Origin: an uncultured Candidatus Binatia bacterium
Lineage (GTDB): Bacteria; Desulfobacterota; Binatia; Bin18
Length of the DNA stretch: 64,000 bases
Direction: 5' to 3'
NCBI GenBank assembly: GCA_965200355.1
Contig: OZ241351.1
Span: 1,714,426-1,778,425 of the forward strand
Program-made: the position numbers and the translations under genes
Part shown: in pieces, positions 1 to 8,803 of the stretch
Layout of the letters: every line of letters starts with the position of its first letter
How positions within the stretch are numbered: the first letter of the stretch is position 1
Notes under the pieces: model-generated
Database searches by the model: none
Told to the model about the DNA's origin: nothing
Seen by the model: the letters and a program-made list of their open reading frames with translations, nothing else

Positions 1-2
1 GC

Positions 3-350
3 AAGCCGGTCGTTATGCCGCCAGACGAGCAGACGGCCGACTGGCTGTACGTGGCCGATGCCGCAGAGGTCTTTCGCCGGGCGTATCACCTCGAAAACCC
101 CCAATCCCGCGTGTTCAATATGGCCGGCCCCAGCCGCCAGACGGGCGAAATCACAGCCTATCTGCGCGCCTTGCTGCCCGAGGCCAACATCTCAGTCAGT
201 GATACCCCGGTTGCCATGACCTCGCTGGTCAACACCGACCGCCTGCGGACCGAATTGGGCTTCACTCCCAAGTACACGGTTGAGGAGGGCATTCTGGCCT
301 ATTTGAACGATGTGCGGAAGCGCGAAGGAATGCCGCTGGAGCCGCGCTAA
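3..350 (+). CDS. NAD-dependent epimerase/dehydratase family protein, C-terminal fragment (gene begins upstream of window)
   Basis: ORF open to the window edge. The tail ...GFTPKYTVEEGILAYL resembles epimerase/dehydratase C-termini. GC-rich third codon positions. Confidence 0.45.
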   Translation, partial: KPVVMPPDEQTADWLYVADAAEVFRRAYHLENPQSRVFNMAGPSRQTGEITAYLRALLPEANISVSDTPVAMTSLVNTDRLRTELGFTPKYTVEEGILAYLNDVRKREGMPLEPR

Positions 351-411
351 CCGCCCCCGACTACTGCTTCATAACTTCCAATACGCCCTTGATTCGTCTA
401 GGCTGAAAGGC

Positions 412-2046
412 ATGCCTGAAATCGCCTACCTCAAGGACCTCGTCATCGTGCTGGGGGCGGCGGTCGCGGTCGTCATCCTCCTGAAACGGGCTCACTTTCC
501 TTCGATTGCCGGCTTCATCCTGACCGGTGCGTTGGTCGGGCCTACCGGCCTCGGACTCATCAACGACTCACATCATGTCGAGGTCCTGGCCGAGGTTGGC
601 GTGGTCCTCCTGCTGTTCGGGATCGGCCTGGAACTCTCTCTCGACCGTCTCCAGCGTCTCTGGAAAGTCATCCTGCTGGGAGGGGGGTTGCAGGTTGCCC
701 TTACGGTTGCGTGTACGACCGGGTTAGCCGTGTGGTTCGGACTGTCGCCCGGCCCAGCGATATTCTTGGGCTGTGTCGTCGCGGTCTCCAGCACGGCGGT
801 CGTCCTGCGCGCCCTGTCCACGAGTGGGGAACTGGAAGCGCCGCACGGCCGTCTGGCAGTCGGCATCCTCGTCTTTCAGGACCTGTGCGTGGTGCCAATG
901 ATGTTGGCAGTGCCCTACTTGGCTGGAGAGGGCGGCACAATGCGGGAAATTGCCACGACGGTTGGCACCGTGCTCGTGGTCCTCGTCGGGGTGTTGCTTG
1001 CGGCACGCCGCGTCGTTCCACGCCTCCTGGCGTTCGTGGCCCGGACGCGAGATCGCGAGCTTTTCATTCTGAGCGTCTTTCTCGTCTGCTTCGGTACGGC
1101 CTGGGCCTTATCGCTGGCCGGCATATCGCTGGCACTCGGCGCGTTTCTGGCTGGGCTGGTCGTCGCCGGGAGCGAGTTCCGACATCAGGCGATGTCGGAG
1201 GTGATCCCGGCCCGCGAGGTTCTGGCCAGCCTGTTCTTTGTTTCCATCGGGATGCTGCTGGAGGTCTCGGACGTTCTGGCGCATCTGATGCCGACCGTCG
1301 GCCTGCTGTGCCTCATCCTTGTTGGAAAATTCACCATTATTCTCTTCACCGCGCTGATACTCCGACTCCCCTTGCGGGTGGGTATCCTTTCCGCCACGAC
1401 GCTGTGCCAGATCGGGGAATTCTCATTCGTGCTCTTGAACGCTGCTTCTGGAACCGGGCTCCTCACCGCCGTGCTTGCCAACAACCTGCTGATGGCCATC
1501 GCCCTCTCCATGCTGCTGACGCCGATGGCCATTGCCTTTGGCCCACGCCTCGTCGGCAGCGCGGCGCATGTCCCCTGGCTGAACCGACTCTTGGGTGCAG
1601 AGCCCCCCGGCATCGATACGCCCGAGCCGCCCAGCAACCATATCATCGTTGCTGGCTATGGCCTGACAGGCCAGCGCGTCTGTCGGGCGGTTCGGGAGGC
1701 GGGTTTCACCTATGTCGCGGTTGACAGGAACCCTGACAAGGTGCGCGCGGCCCACGCCGCCGGAGACCGGGCCGTCCTCGGGGACATCGCGCAACAGGAG
1801 GTACTGGAGGAGCTCGGTTGCCGGCAGGCCCGCTTGGTGGTCGTGAATATCAACGATACCAGGGCCGCCGAATCCGCGGTCCGGACGGTGCGGACGACCG
1901 CCCCGCACGTCGCGGTGATCGCCCGGGCCCCATACGAGATGGACAAGGACTCGCTGCGGTCCGCCGGCGCCGCCCAGGTCATTACGGCCGAAGCGACGGC
2001 CAGCGAGGCGATAGTGGAAACCTGCCTGGCGGCCCTGCGTGTGTAA
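412..2046 (+). CDS. monovalent cation:proton antiporter-2 (CPA2, KefB-like) with C-terminal TrkA-N/RCK domain
   Basis: ATG at 412 preceded by gaaagg. About 12 hydrophobic segments. C-terminal Rossmann-like GYGLTGQRV...VAVD motif typical of KefB/KefC. Confidence 0.8.
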   Translation: MPEIAYLKDLVIVLGAAVAVVILLKRAHFPSIAGFILTGALVGPTGLGLINDSHHVEVLAEVGVVLLLFGIGLELSLDRLQRLWKVILLGGGLQVALTVACTTGLAVWFGLSPGPAIFLGCVVAVSSTAVVLRALSTSGELEAPHGRLAVGILVFQDLCVVPMMLAVPYLAGEGGTMREIATTVGTVLVVLVGVLLAARRVVPRLLAFVARTRDRELFILSVFLVCFGTAWALSLAGISLALGAFLAGLVVAGSEFRHQAMSEVIPAREVLASLFFVSIGMLLEVSDVLAHLMPTVGLLCLILVGKFTIILFTALILRLPLRVGILSATTLCQIGEFSFVLLNAASGTGLLTAVLANNLLMAIALSMLLTPMAIAFGPRLVGSAAHVPWLNRLLGAEPPGIDTPEPPSNHIIVAGYGLTGQRVCRAVREAGFTYVAVDRNPDKVRAAHAAGDRAVLGDIAQQEVLEELGCRQARLVVVNINDTRAAESAVRTVRTTAPHVAVIARAPYEMDKDSLRSAGAAQVITAEATASEAIVETCLAALRV

Positions 2047-2078
2047 TGCGGACACAGGCCGAAGAATGAACAGCCAGC

Positions 2079-2170
2079 GGTGAAAGCGGCCCAACGGACG
2101 GGGTAAGTGCACCGGAGGGCATAGGGTGAAAGCGGCCCAACGGACGGGGTAAGTGCACCGGAGGGCATAG
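2079..2170. repeat. perfect tandem duplication of a 46-bp unit (2 copies) between convergent genes
   Basis: Unit ggtgaaagcggcccaacggacggggtaagtgcaccggagggcatag occurs at 2079-2124 and 2125-2170 with no mismatch. Confidence 0.9.
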
Positions 2171-2233
2171 CCTGTCTGAGTGACGGGCGGAGGCGTGCCG
2201 GCGACGCGGGAGCCGTGCTCAGGAGGCGTTTCC

Positions 2234-2602
2234 TCAGCTTGCCCCCTGCGGCTGTACCGTTGACCGCTCAGGATGAAGTTGTGTGTCTTCGCAGTCCAAA
2301 TGAACAAATAAGGGATTTGGCTGGTGGTGATAAACAGCCCCTGTTCCGTAGTCTATGAGTCCTCCCAGCACGACTCCTGTGCCGGAAATCGTGGGAATAA
2401 GCGCGGTCGTATGCGCGCGGCAGCCCTCTTTGCGCAGCGTCACTTGAAGGGTCCCCTTTTTCGGCACTTCGATATTGCAGGGGGTCATACAGGTTGACCC
2501 GTTCGACAGTTCGACCTTCGCCCCCACTGGGTCGGTGTTAATAGACACAGATTCCGTTGTGCCGGTTATAATCGTGGCACAACTGCTTAAACCAGCCAAC
2601 AA
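2234..2602 (-). CDS. putative lipoprotein (hypothetical); start codon uncertain
   Basis: Lipobox-like LAGLSSC near the N-terminus. Apparent TTG start. The stop-to-stop ORF extends to about 2758, so the true start may lie upstream. Confidence 0.4.
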   Translation of the reverse strand: MLAGLSSCATIITGTTESVSINTDPVGAKVELSNGSTCMTPCNIEVPKKGTLQVTLRKEGCRAHTTALIPTISGTGVVLGGLIDYGTGAVYHHQPNPLFVHLDCEDTQLHPERSTVQPQGAS

Positions 2603-2927
2603 TAAGACCAGGGCAAGGCTCCTCCTGTAGCAGATGCAAACATGGACTCCTCCTCTACGTGTAGCTGAGCACCCGGCGGTTGTCGGGCCATTGCGAACGC
2701 CACACGGAGTTGTGAGGGTTCCCGCTTATTGACCACAGCGCAGGGAGCTACCCCGCGCCTAGGAGAGGTTTTTGTATTTGGCAGGTGACCCGACTCAGCA
2801 GGTCCCCTTGTGACGTTCGTGGGCGTACCTATACGGGAAATCGCATCGATTGTCAAAAGGGATACGGTCCACTCTGGCTTATTTTTGTCTACTCCGGCAT
2901 TCTGATTGTTATTGAGTGAGGACACCT

Positions 2928-4004
2928 ATGGACTTTGGCGTTGGCTTGCAGTCGCATATTCATAACGGATGGAAACACGCCCTGTTGGCCGAGCAGCTGG
3001 GGTTTACTCATGCCTGGTTTGTGGACTCGCAGCTGCTCACCTCGGACGTGTACGCTTGCCTGGCCCTGGCCGCCACGCATACCACCACGCTCCGACTCGG
3101 GACCGGCGTCACCATTGTGGGCACGCGCATTCCGCCTGTCATTGCCCATTCGATTGCCACTATCAATCAGCTTGCGCCGGGTCGGGTGATCCTCGGCTTA
3201 GGCACCGGTCATACGGCTTGGCGAACCATGAACATGCCGCCGGTTCCGCTCGCCGAGTTCCGGCACGCGGTTGAGGTCTGCCGGGGTCTGCTCCGGGGCG
3301 AGACGGTCGTCTATCGCGAGCGGGGCCGACAGAGCCATATTCGGTTCATGGATATCGAGCACGGCTATATCAACGTGGGCGAGCGGGTCCCCATCTATCT
3401 CGCCGCCTCACATCCCAAGGCCCAGGCTCTGGCCGGTGAGCTGGGCGACGGCCTGTTGACATTAAGCCTGCTCTCGCCCGATTCGCTTAGCCGCAATCTG
3501 GCGGCAGTCGCACCGGGCTGGGAAGACCGGGCCGGCGGGAAGCCGGCGGACTTCAGCGTGGTCACGCTCGGTATCTCCTGCGTGCTGCAAGCCGGCGAGG
3601 CCGTCAACAGCCGGCGTGTCCTGGCGCGGGTCGGCCCACGCATTGCGGTGGCCCTGCACTACGCCCATGAAGTCGCCAAACAGGGCAAAGCAGTACCGCT
3701 TTTTTTACAGCCCTTTCTGACGCCGGCCTACCAACGCTATCTGGACGACCGCTGGGCAGACATCCATGCCACGCACTCACGCTTTCTGCACCCAGGCGAA
3801 GACAAATTTATTACCCCCGAGGCCATTCGGGCCATGAGCCTGACCGGCTCGCGGGATGACATCCTTGAGCGCCTCCATCAGCTTGAAGCCGCGGGGCTTA
3901 CCCAGATGGTGATCTCTCCCCCGTGGGGCCTGATAGAAGAAAGCCTCGTCGAATTCGCCAGCGAGATTATCGGGCCATACAAACAGCAAACCCCTAACCA
4001 CTAG
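2928..4004 (+). CDS. LLM-class (luciferase-like) flavin-dependent oxidoreductase
   Basis: ATG 2928 with gagga RBS. TIM-barrel LLM signatures (GLGTGHTA, ...LGDGLL...); about 358 aa. Confidence 0.75.
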   Translation: MDFGVGLQSHIHNGWKHALLAEQLGFTHAWFVDSQLLTSDVYACLALAATHTTTLRLGTGVTIVGTRIPPVIAHSIATINQLAPGRVILGLGTGHTAWRTMNMPPVPLAEFRHAVEVCRGLLRGETVVYRERGRQSHIRFMDIEHGYINVGERVPIYLAASHPKAQALAGELGDGLLTLSLLSPDSLSRNLAAVAPGWEDRAGGKPADFSVVTLGISCVLQAGEAVNSRRVLARVGPRIAVALHYAHEVAKQGKAVPLFLQPFLTPAYQRYLDDRWADIHATHSRFLHPGEDKFITPEAIRAMSLTGSRDDILERLHQLEAAGLTQMVISPPWGLIEESLVEFASEIIGPYKQQTPNH

Positions 4005-4009
4005 CCCCT

Positions 4010-4031
4010 AACCCCTCCCCAAGGGGTTTGG
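4010..4031 (+). terminator. possible hairpin (aacccc-tccccaa-ggggtt) after the LLM gene
   Basis: 6-bp stem, 7-nt loop, followed only by a short T stretch. Confidence 0.25.
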
Positions 4032-4092
4032 AATCAGCGCCCGAAACCGCTAGGGTAGGCAGCATACTCTCGGAAGGAATAGAGACACGGAT

Positions 4093-4935
4093 ATGACGCA
4101 CGATGAAGCAATACGCTATGAACAGGTCGGCCATATCGGTTGGCTGCGTCTCAACCGGGCGGAAAAGCTGAACGCCATGACTCCCCAGATGTGGACCGCG
4201 CTGCGGGAACTCGGCCAGACCCTTTCCAGCCCAGCGCCTCCACACGAAAACTCGTTGCGGGTGCTCGTCGTGATGGGCGCCGGCCGCGCGTTCTCAACCG
4301 GTATCGACACCTCGGCTTTTGGCGGCGTGGTCTTCAACGGACACGAACGTGAGCCCAGGCCCGCAGCCGCGGCCGATGAGGACCCGCTGGTGTCCAATAT
4401 CCAGGGCTTTCAGGAAGCCTTTACCTGGCTTGAAGAAGCCCCCTATCCGACCATTGCCGCGGTCCGGGGCTATGCCCTGGGTGCCGGTCTCCAGATGGCG
4501 CTGGCCTGCGATATCCGGGTGGTCGCCCGCGGGAGCCGGCTGGGCTTGCTGGAGCACCGCTACGGTCTCATCCCCGACCTGGGCGGCACCCAACGCCTGC
4601 CTCGGCTGGTCGGCACCGGCAAGGCCAAAGAACTCATCTTCACCGCCCAGCAGATTGAGGCCGAAGAAGCCTACCGTATCGGTCTGGCCGAACAGCTCGT
4701 AGACGACGAGGCGTTGGAGGCGAGCGTAACCGCACTCGCCGAACAACTGGCCAGCCAGCCGCCGCTGGCGGTGCGCGCTGCCAAGCGGGCGATTGATGCC
4801 AGCCAGTCTCTTTCGGTCCGGGACGGACTCCGGCTGGAAGCCAAGAGCCAGGCGGTCTGCCTGCGGTCGCAGGATGCCAAGGAAGCGGTGCGGGCGTTTA
4901 TGGAAAAACGGACCCCCCGCTACTCAGGACAGTGA
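4093..4935 (+). CDS. enoyl-CoA hydratase/isomerase (crotonase) family protein
   Basis: Crotonase fold motifs (GAGRAFSTGIDT, GYALGAGLQMALACDIRV). Confidence 0.85.
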   Translation: MTHDEAIRYEQVGHIGWLRLNRAEKLNAMTPQMWTALRELGQTLSSPAPPHENSLRVLVVMGAGRAFSTGIDTSAFGGVVFNGHEREPRPAAAADEDPLVSNIQGFQEAFTWLEEAPYPTIAAVRGYALGAGLQMALACDIRVVARGSRLGLLEHRYGLIPDLGGTQRLPRLVGTGKAKELIFTAQQIEAEEAYRIGLAEQLVDDEALEASVTALAEQLASQPPLAVRAAKRAIDASQSLSVRDGLRLEAKSQAVCLRSQDAKEAVRAFMEKRTPRYSGQ

Positions 4936-4962
4936 GCGCGCGGGGCAGGAAGGAGGCCAATC

Positions 4963-5784
4963 ATGACAGACCACGGCTATGCTCGACCGGATATGCTGGC
5001 AGAGACCCAATGGCTGGCAGCGCATCTCCAGGATGACAATCTGCACGTCGTTGATTGCGATAATCGCGACGCCTATCGCCGCGCCCATATTCCGGGGGCG
5101 ATTCCCGTGCGCGGCCATCATTATCTCAAGGAAAAAGAAGGCGCGCCGCATATCATGGGCCCGGACCAATTCGCCCAGACCATGGGACAGATGGGCATTG
5201 GGGACGACACGCTCGTGGTGGCCTATGACGGCTTCAGCGGGCTGTACGCCGCCCGGCTGTGGTGGGCGCTGCACTATTACGGTCATACCAATGTCAGAGT
5301 ATTGAACGGTGGCTGGGACACATGGCTGGCCGAAGGCCGGCCGATGACAAACGCCTCGTCCCGTCCGGCCAAAGCGACCTTTACGCCCCAGATTCACGCC
5401 GACCTGCTCGCCGGCTGGGAGCAGGTCCGGGCAGCGATTGATTCCGATACCGTCCTGCTTGATGTGCGCTCGGATGCGGAGTGGACCGGCGAGAACAGCC
5501 GGGGCACCAAGCGGGGCGGGCGGATTCCTGGCGCGGTCCATCTCGAATGGCTCAATTTTGTGAACCCTCAGACAAAAAAGTTCAAACCTGCGGCCGAATT
5601 GCGTCCCCTGTTGGCACAGGCCGGAGTCAGACCCGAGGGGGCAGTCGTTACCTATTGACAGGGGGGTATCCGTGCGGCGCACGGACTGTTCACCCTCCGG
5701 CTGCTCGGTTTTGACACTGTGCGCAATTACGATGCCTCCTGGGCCGAATGGGGCAACCGCGAGGACCTGCCGCTGGAAAAATAG
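4963..5784 (+). CDS. two-domain rhodanese / 3-mercaptopyruvate-type sulfurtransferase with in-frame TGA (5656-5658) at the catalytic Cys position; candidate selenoprotein (alternatively a nonsense pseudogene)
   Basis: N-domain ...[11 protein letters not shown]; C-domain ...[13 protein letters not shown]...VVTY-[TGA][32 protein letters not shown]...DLPLEK stop. The frame is continuous through the TGA to TAG at 5782-5784 (822 nt = 274 codons). Confidence 0.6.
5661..5698 (+). other. SECIS-like stem-loop immediately 3' of the in-frame UGA
   Basis: Perfect hairpin ccgtgc-ggc-gcacgg (5670-5684) starts 11 nt after the UGA. An outer gggggt/accctc pairing extends it. Confidence 0.4.
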
Positions 5785-5806
5785 GCCCTGGTGACGCGCG
5801 TCTCGT

Positions 5807-6685
5807 ATGGCTGGCTGTAGACAATTGCTGTGGCTCCTGGCCGCCCTGCTGCCCGGTGTTTTTCTCTCCAGCCACATCTGTCTCGCCCAGCCCCAGGCCG
5901 AACCCCACGGCAGCCTGCTCATCCAGACTCCGGGAGAGCCGGCTCAGACCAGTGGGCTCTCGGCCAGAATCTACCCCCCGACATCCGAGACGCGCCTCAT
6001 CCAAACCCCCCTGAACACGCCGGTCTCGTTGCCCCCCGGATCCTACCGCGTTGAACTCGACATCCTGGGCGGCACGATTTCGCGCGAGCGCGTACTGGTT
6101 CGGTCCGGTCGAACCAGTACGGTCATGCTGAGCGAAGTCGCGGCCCTTCAGGTCAACGTCCTGGATAAAAACGGCCAGGACATCGGCCTCGGGGTCGAGG
6201 TCTATGACGGCGTATCCAACGAACTGCTCGGAGCGTTCCTGAGCGGAGAGATCATCCTGGCGCAACCGGGCCTGGTCGATGTCAAGGTCGCCGTTCCACC
6301 CCAGAGCCAGTGGTGGCGCGATATTGAGCTTTTGCGGGGCGGACTCCGGGAACTGACGTTGCGCGAGCGGGTGCGGGCTGAACTCCTGGTCCATCCCCGG
6401 CTGGCAGGGCAAGATGTCAGCCGGCTGACTCAGGTCATTATTTACGCCGCGGGGACGCAAAAAGAGATTGCCCGCAGCGAGCCCGGCCAGGAACATCGCT
6501 TTGTCCTGGAGACGGGCAGCTATGATGTGTTTGTGGCCAACCCAACGGGACGGGGCAAACCCTTTGTGCTGGAACGCGCGGAACTCCCGGATGAAAAAAC
6601 CGTCGAAAAGGAGGTCCACCTGGATGGACCGGTCAACCCGCCGGCGACACCGCCCCCAAGCCATTCGGAACCGCACGCCCTCTAA
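5807..6685 (+). CDS. hypothetical secreted protein (signal peptide)
   Basis: N-terminal MAGCRQLLWLLAALLPGVFLSSHICLA signal. Strongly GC-biased third positions in this frame, unlike the overlapping antisense ORF. Confidence 0.55.
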   Translation: MAGCRQLLWLLAALLPGVFLSSHICLAQPQAEPHGSLLIQTPGEPAQTSGLSARIYPPTSETRLIQTPLNTPVSLPPGSYRVELDILGGTISRERVLVRSGRTSTVMLSEVAALQVNVLDKNGQDIGLGVEVYDGVSNELLGAFLSGEIILAQPGLVDVKVAVPPQSQWWRDIELLRGGLRELTLRERVRAELLVHPRLAGQDVSRLTQVIIYAAGTQKEIARSEPGQEHRFVLETGSYDVFVANPTGRGKPFVLERAELPDEKTVEKEVHLDGPVNPPATPPPSHSEPHAL

Positions 6686-6703
6686 GCCGGGAGGAGCAAT
6701 GAT

Positions 6704-6958
6704 GTGAAGTCCGTCCATACCGAGCAGTACCGCGAGTTCCGAGAACTCATGGTCGCGGCAAGGAAAGCCACCGGCCTGACTCAGGCGGAACTCGCTAGGC
6801 AGTTAGGCAAACCACAGTCTTACGTGTCAAAATATGAACGTGGTGAGCGCCGCCTTGATGTCGTCGAGTTCCTGACACTCGCCGCCCTGCTGCATGTCGA
6901 CCCTCACGCCTGTATCACCAGACTGAGCGGCAAGTCTCCCAAGCGCGGGGCGTCATGA
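6704..6958 (+). CDS. XRE-family helix-turn-helix transcriptional regulator (84 aa)
   Basis: GTG start 7 nt after ggaggag. HTH_3 signature ...ATGLTQAELARQLGKPQSYVSKYERGER. Lower-GC islet. Confidence 0.7.
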   Translation: MKSVHTEQYREFRELMVAARKATGLTQAELARQLGKPQSYVSKYERGERRLDVVEFLTLAALLHVDPHACITRLSGKSPKRGAS

Positions 6959-7362
6959 AAACGACCAGCGATGTCATCCAAGCGGCCAGTGTCCACCTGG
7001 CAACGCTCACCGGCCATGTTTTCGACCTCCTCACCATTGCCAAACCACGCTCTCCCGAAGCCGCTGTCAACTTGGCGAAAGATGCCTTCTCCTATCAACC
7101 GACGCCAGAATATCAGGCCAAACTTCGAGAACTAATTGCGAGGTATCCGTACCGCCTGGACACAAATTTTGCCAAGATCAATAGAATCAACCAGGCCGAG
7201 ATTGCCGCATTCAAGCATAAGGTGCTCAACGCTGAGCACCACGGAAAAACAATACGAGCATGGGCGCGGCTCCTGGGACGGGGGAACGAAACCGAGCTTC
7301 AAAAAGCACTTGAGGACAACGTAGACATCAGAGCAGCGGATTCTGAAGACAGCGCTCAATAA
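6955..7362 (+). CDS. hypothetical protein (135 aa), translationally coupled to the XRE gene
   Basis: ATGA overlap with the upstream stop. No recognisable domain. Confidence 0.45.
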   Translation: MKTTSDVIQAASVHLATLTGHVFDLLTIAKPRSPEAAVNLAKDAFSYQPTPEYQAKLRELIARYPYRLDTNFAKINRINQAEIAAFKHKVLNAEHHGKTIRAWARLLGRGNETELQKALEDNVDIRAADSEDSAQ

Positions 7363-8420
7363 CGCGCTTCTGCCCAAAGTAGTAATACGTCGGATCAATC
7401 TCGCTGCCAAAGGCCCGCCGCTTGAGGTCATGCGCCGCAATACAGGTCGTAAATAAACCGCCAAAAGGCTCCCACACCACGTCGCCAGCCTCGGTTGAGG
7501 CTTCAATGATTCGTGAAATCAGGTCAAGCGGCTTCTGATTCAAGTGAAGCGCCTTGCCGTTTAAGCCAGGTGTTGTATATCGCTCCGCACCACGCAAAGC
7601 AGGGCGCTCCCATACATTTGTCACACCGTGCGGGCAGTGAAACTTAGAACGGTATCTTTTCCAAGCCTGCGCCGTTGCGGGTCTCTTCCCGTCTAACGAA
7701 AAATATGGTCGGCCTTCCGGTTGGCCATACTCATTCGCATAGCGCTGCATTTTCTCGAACATTTTCGGTGGCGGGTAGTACCACAGGTGGCTCTGGTCCA
7801 GATACTTCCGAACAGCAACGTCTTTGACGCCGCACGCCTCGTTCGCTCGCTTCAGGGGTAAGCCGGTTCGTTTCCATTCCCGATACAGCCATTCCTTCAG
7901 CACCAGCCCATTCACACGGGGCTCAAAAACGTACTGAATGCAGACTTCCGTCACAACGGGAAAACGTCGTATTTTCTTTGTATTCACATTCCCCGCGATA
8001 TGGCCCTTCCCCTTATTCCACACATTGGCGTTCACATAGCGCCACCCGTACTTTTCCAGGATGGGGTGAACAGCCGCCCAGCCGATTTCAGAATTCCAAA
8101 ACCACAGGGTCGTGTCAGGTTTCGCTTTTCGAGCCCAGGCCGCAATGTGTGGTTCCATACCACTCTGGTAAACCCAAATGGTCGGACGTGTCCCCCTCGA
8201 AACCGAGGACACCATACCCGCCGTCTGACACTATGGCGGTCGGCGCTTCCCACGAGTCGTACTGCTCAAGACTGTCGCCTAGCGATATACCGAGTCCATC
8301 CGACCAAATAGACGACTCCGGCGTAAAATCCTCTTTCAACGCTCGTCCTCGCCCTACCGTATTCGTCGGTGTTATTTTTTTCTTCCTTTTGGGCAGCAAA
8401 GGCATTGAGTGAGCTTTCAT
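7328..8420 (-). pseudogene. N4/N6 DNA methyltransferase-like gene (beta class, N6_N4_Mtase family), frameshifted with degenerate catalytic motifs
   Basis: The C-terminal ORF (7328-8215) carries ...LHLNQKPLDLISRIIE...VWEPFGGLFTT... matching the QKP / FxGxGTT region, but with GGLFTT in place of GSGTT. The N-terminal part lies in another frame (8115-8420) with IVSDGGYG where DPPY is expected. The frame switch is near 8150-8170. Confidence 0.55.
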
Positions 8421-8516
8421 GCCCCCATTATTAACCCATTTTAGGATATTGTCAACGCAGCCCCTCTCCTACTCATGTTGAGAGATGTCCCGTTGGTGTG
8501 AAATGAAGCCCCCCGC

Positions 8517-8762
8517 TTACCACATCAGGAGCGGAATGGCCGCGGCGAGGAGCAGCACGCTGAGGCAAATGGCAATGATACCCCAGAAGGTCGGCGGACG
8601 ACGGACCTCCAGGGTGGCCCCGCAGTGGACACACGCGGACAGAAACGAGCCGCCGGTCACATAAACACGGTTCCACTTATGACAGATAGCGCAGCGGGGG
8701 TGAGGGCGGGCACGAAAAAGTGCAGCAAGCTGAGACACGATTTCTTTCCTCTCTTCTTTCAT
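8517..8762 (-). CDS. small zinc-ribbon membrane protein (hypothetical)
   Basis: CxxC...CxxC (CAICH...CVHCG) followed by one TM helix. Confidence 0.4.
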   Translation of the reverse strand: MKEERKEIVSQLAALFRARPHPRCAICHKWNRVYVTGGSFLSACVHCGATLEVRRPPTFWGIIAICLSVLLLAAAIPLLMW

Positions 8763-8803
8763 CCTAACGGGGGGACAGAGGCCGCGTCAACCGGGCAGTC
8801 TGC

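Noticed and set aside
2079-2170. Possible CRISPR array
   Set aside because: Only two directly abutting identical 46-bp units with no spacers. No cas genes in the window.
711-2307. Long alternative-frame and antisense ORFs (337 aa plus, 294 aa minus) overlapping the KefB-like gene
   Set aside because: Typical high-GC shadow ORFs. Arg/Pro/Gly-rich with no domain. The transporter frame has coherent TM helices and a TrkA-N domain.
2587-2925. 112-aa minus-strand ORF upstream of the LLM gene
   Set aside because: Overlaps the promoter and 5' region of the LLM oxidoreductase and the start of the lipoprotein gene. No coding-like composition.
5690-6718. 342-aa minus-strand ORF antisense to the secreted-protein gene
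   Set aside because: Arg/Gly/Pro-rich low-complexity translation. Third-codon-position GC bias favours the plus-strand frame (5807-6685), which also has a clean signal peptide.
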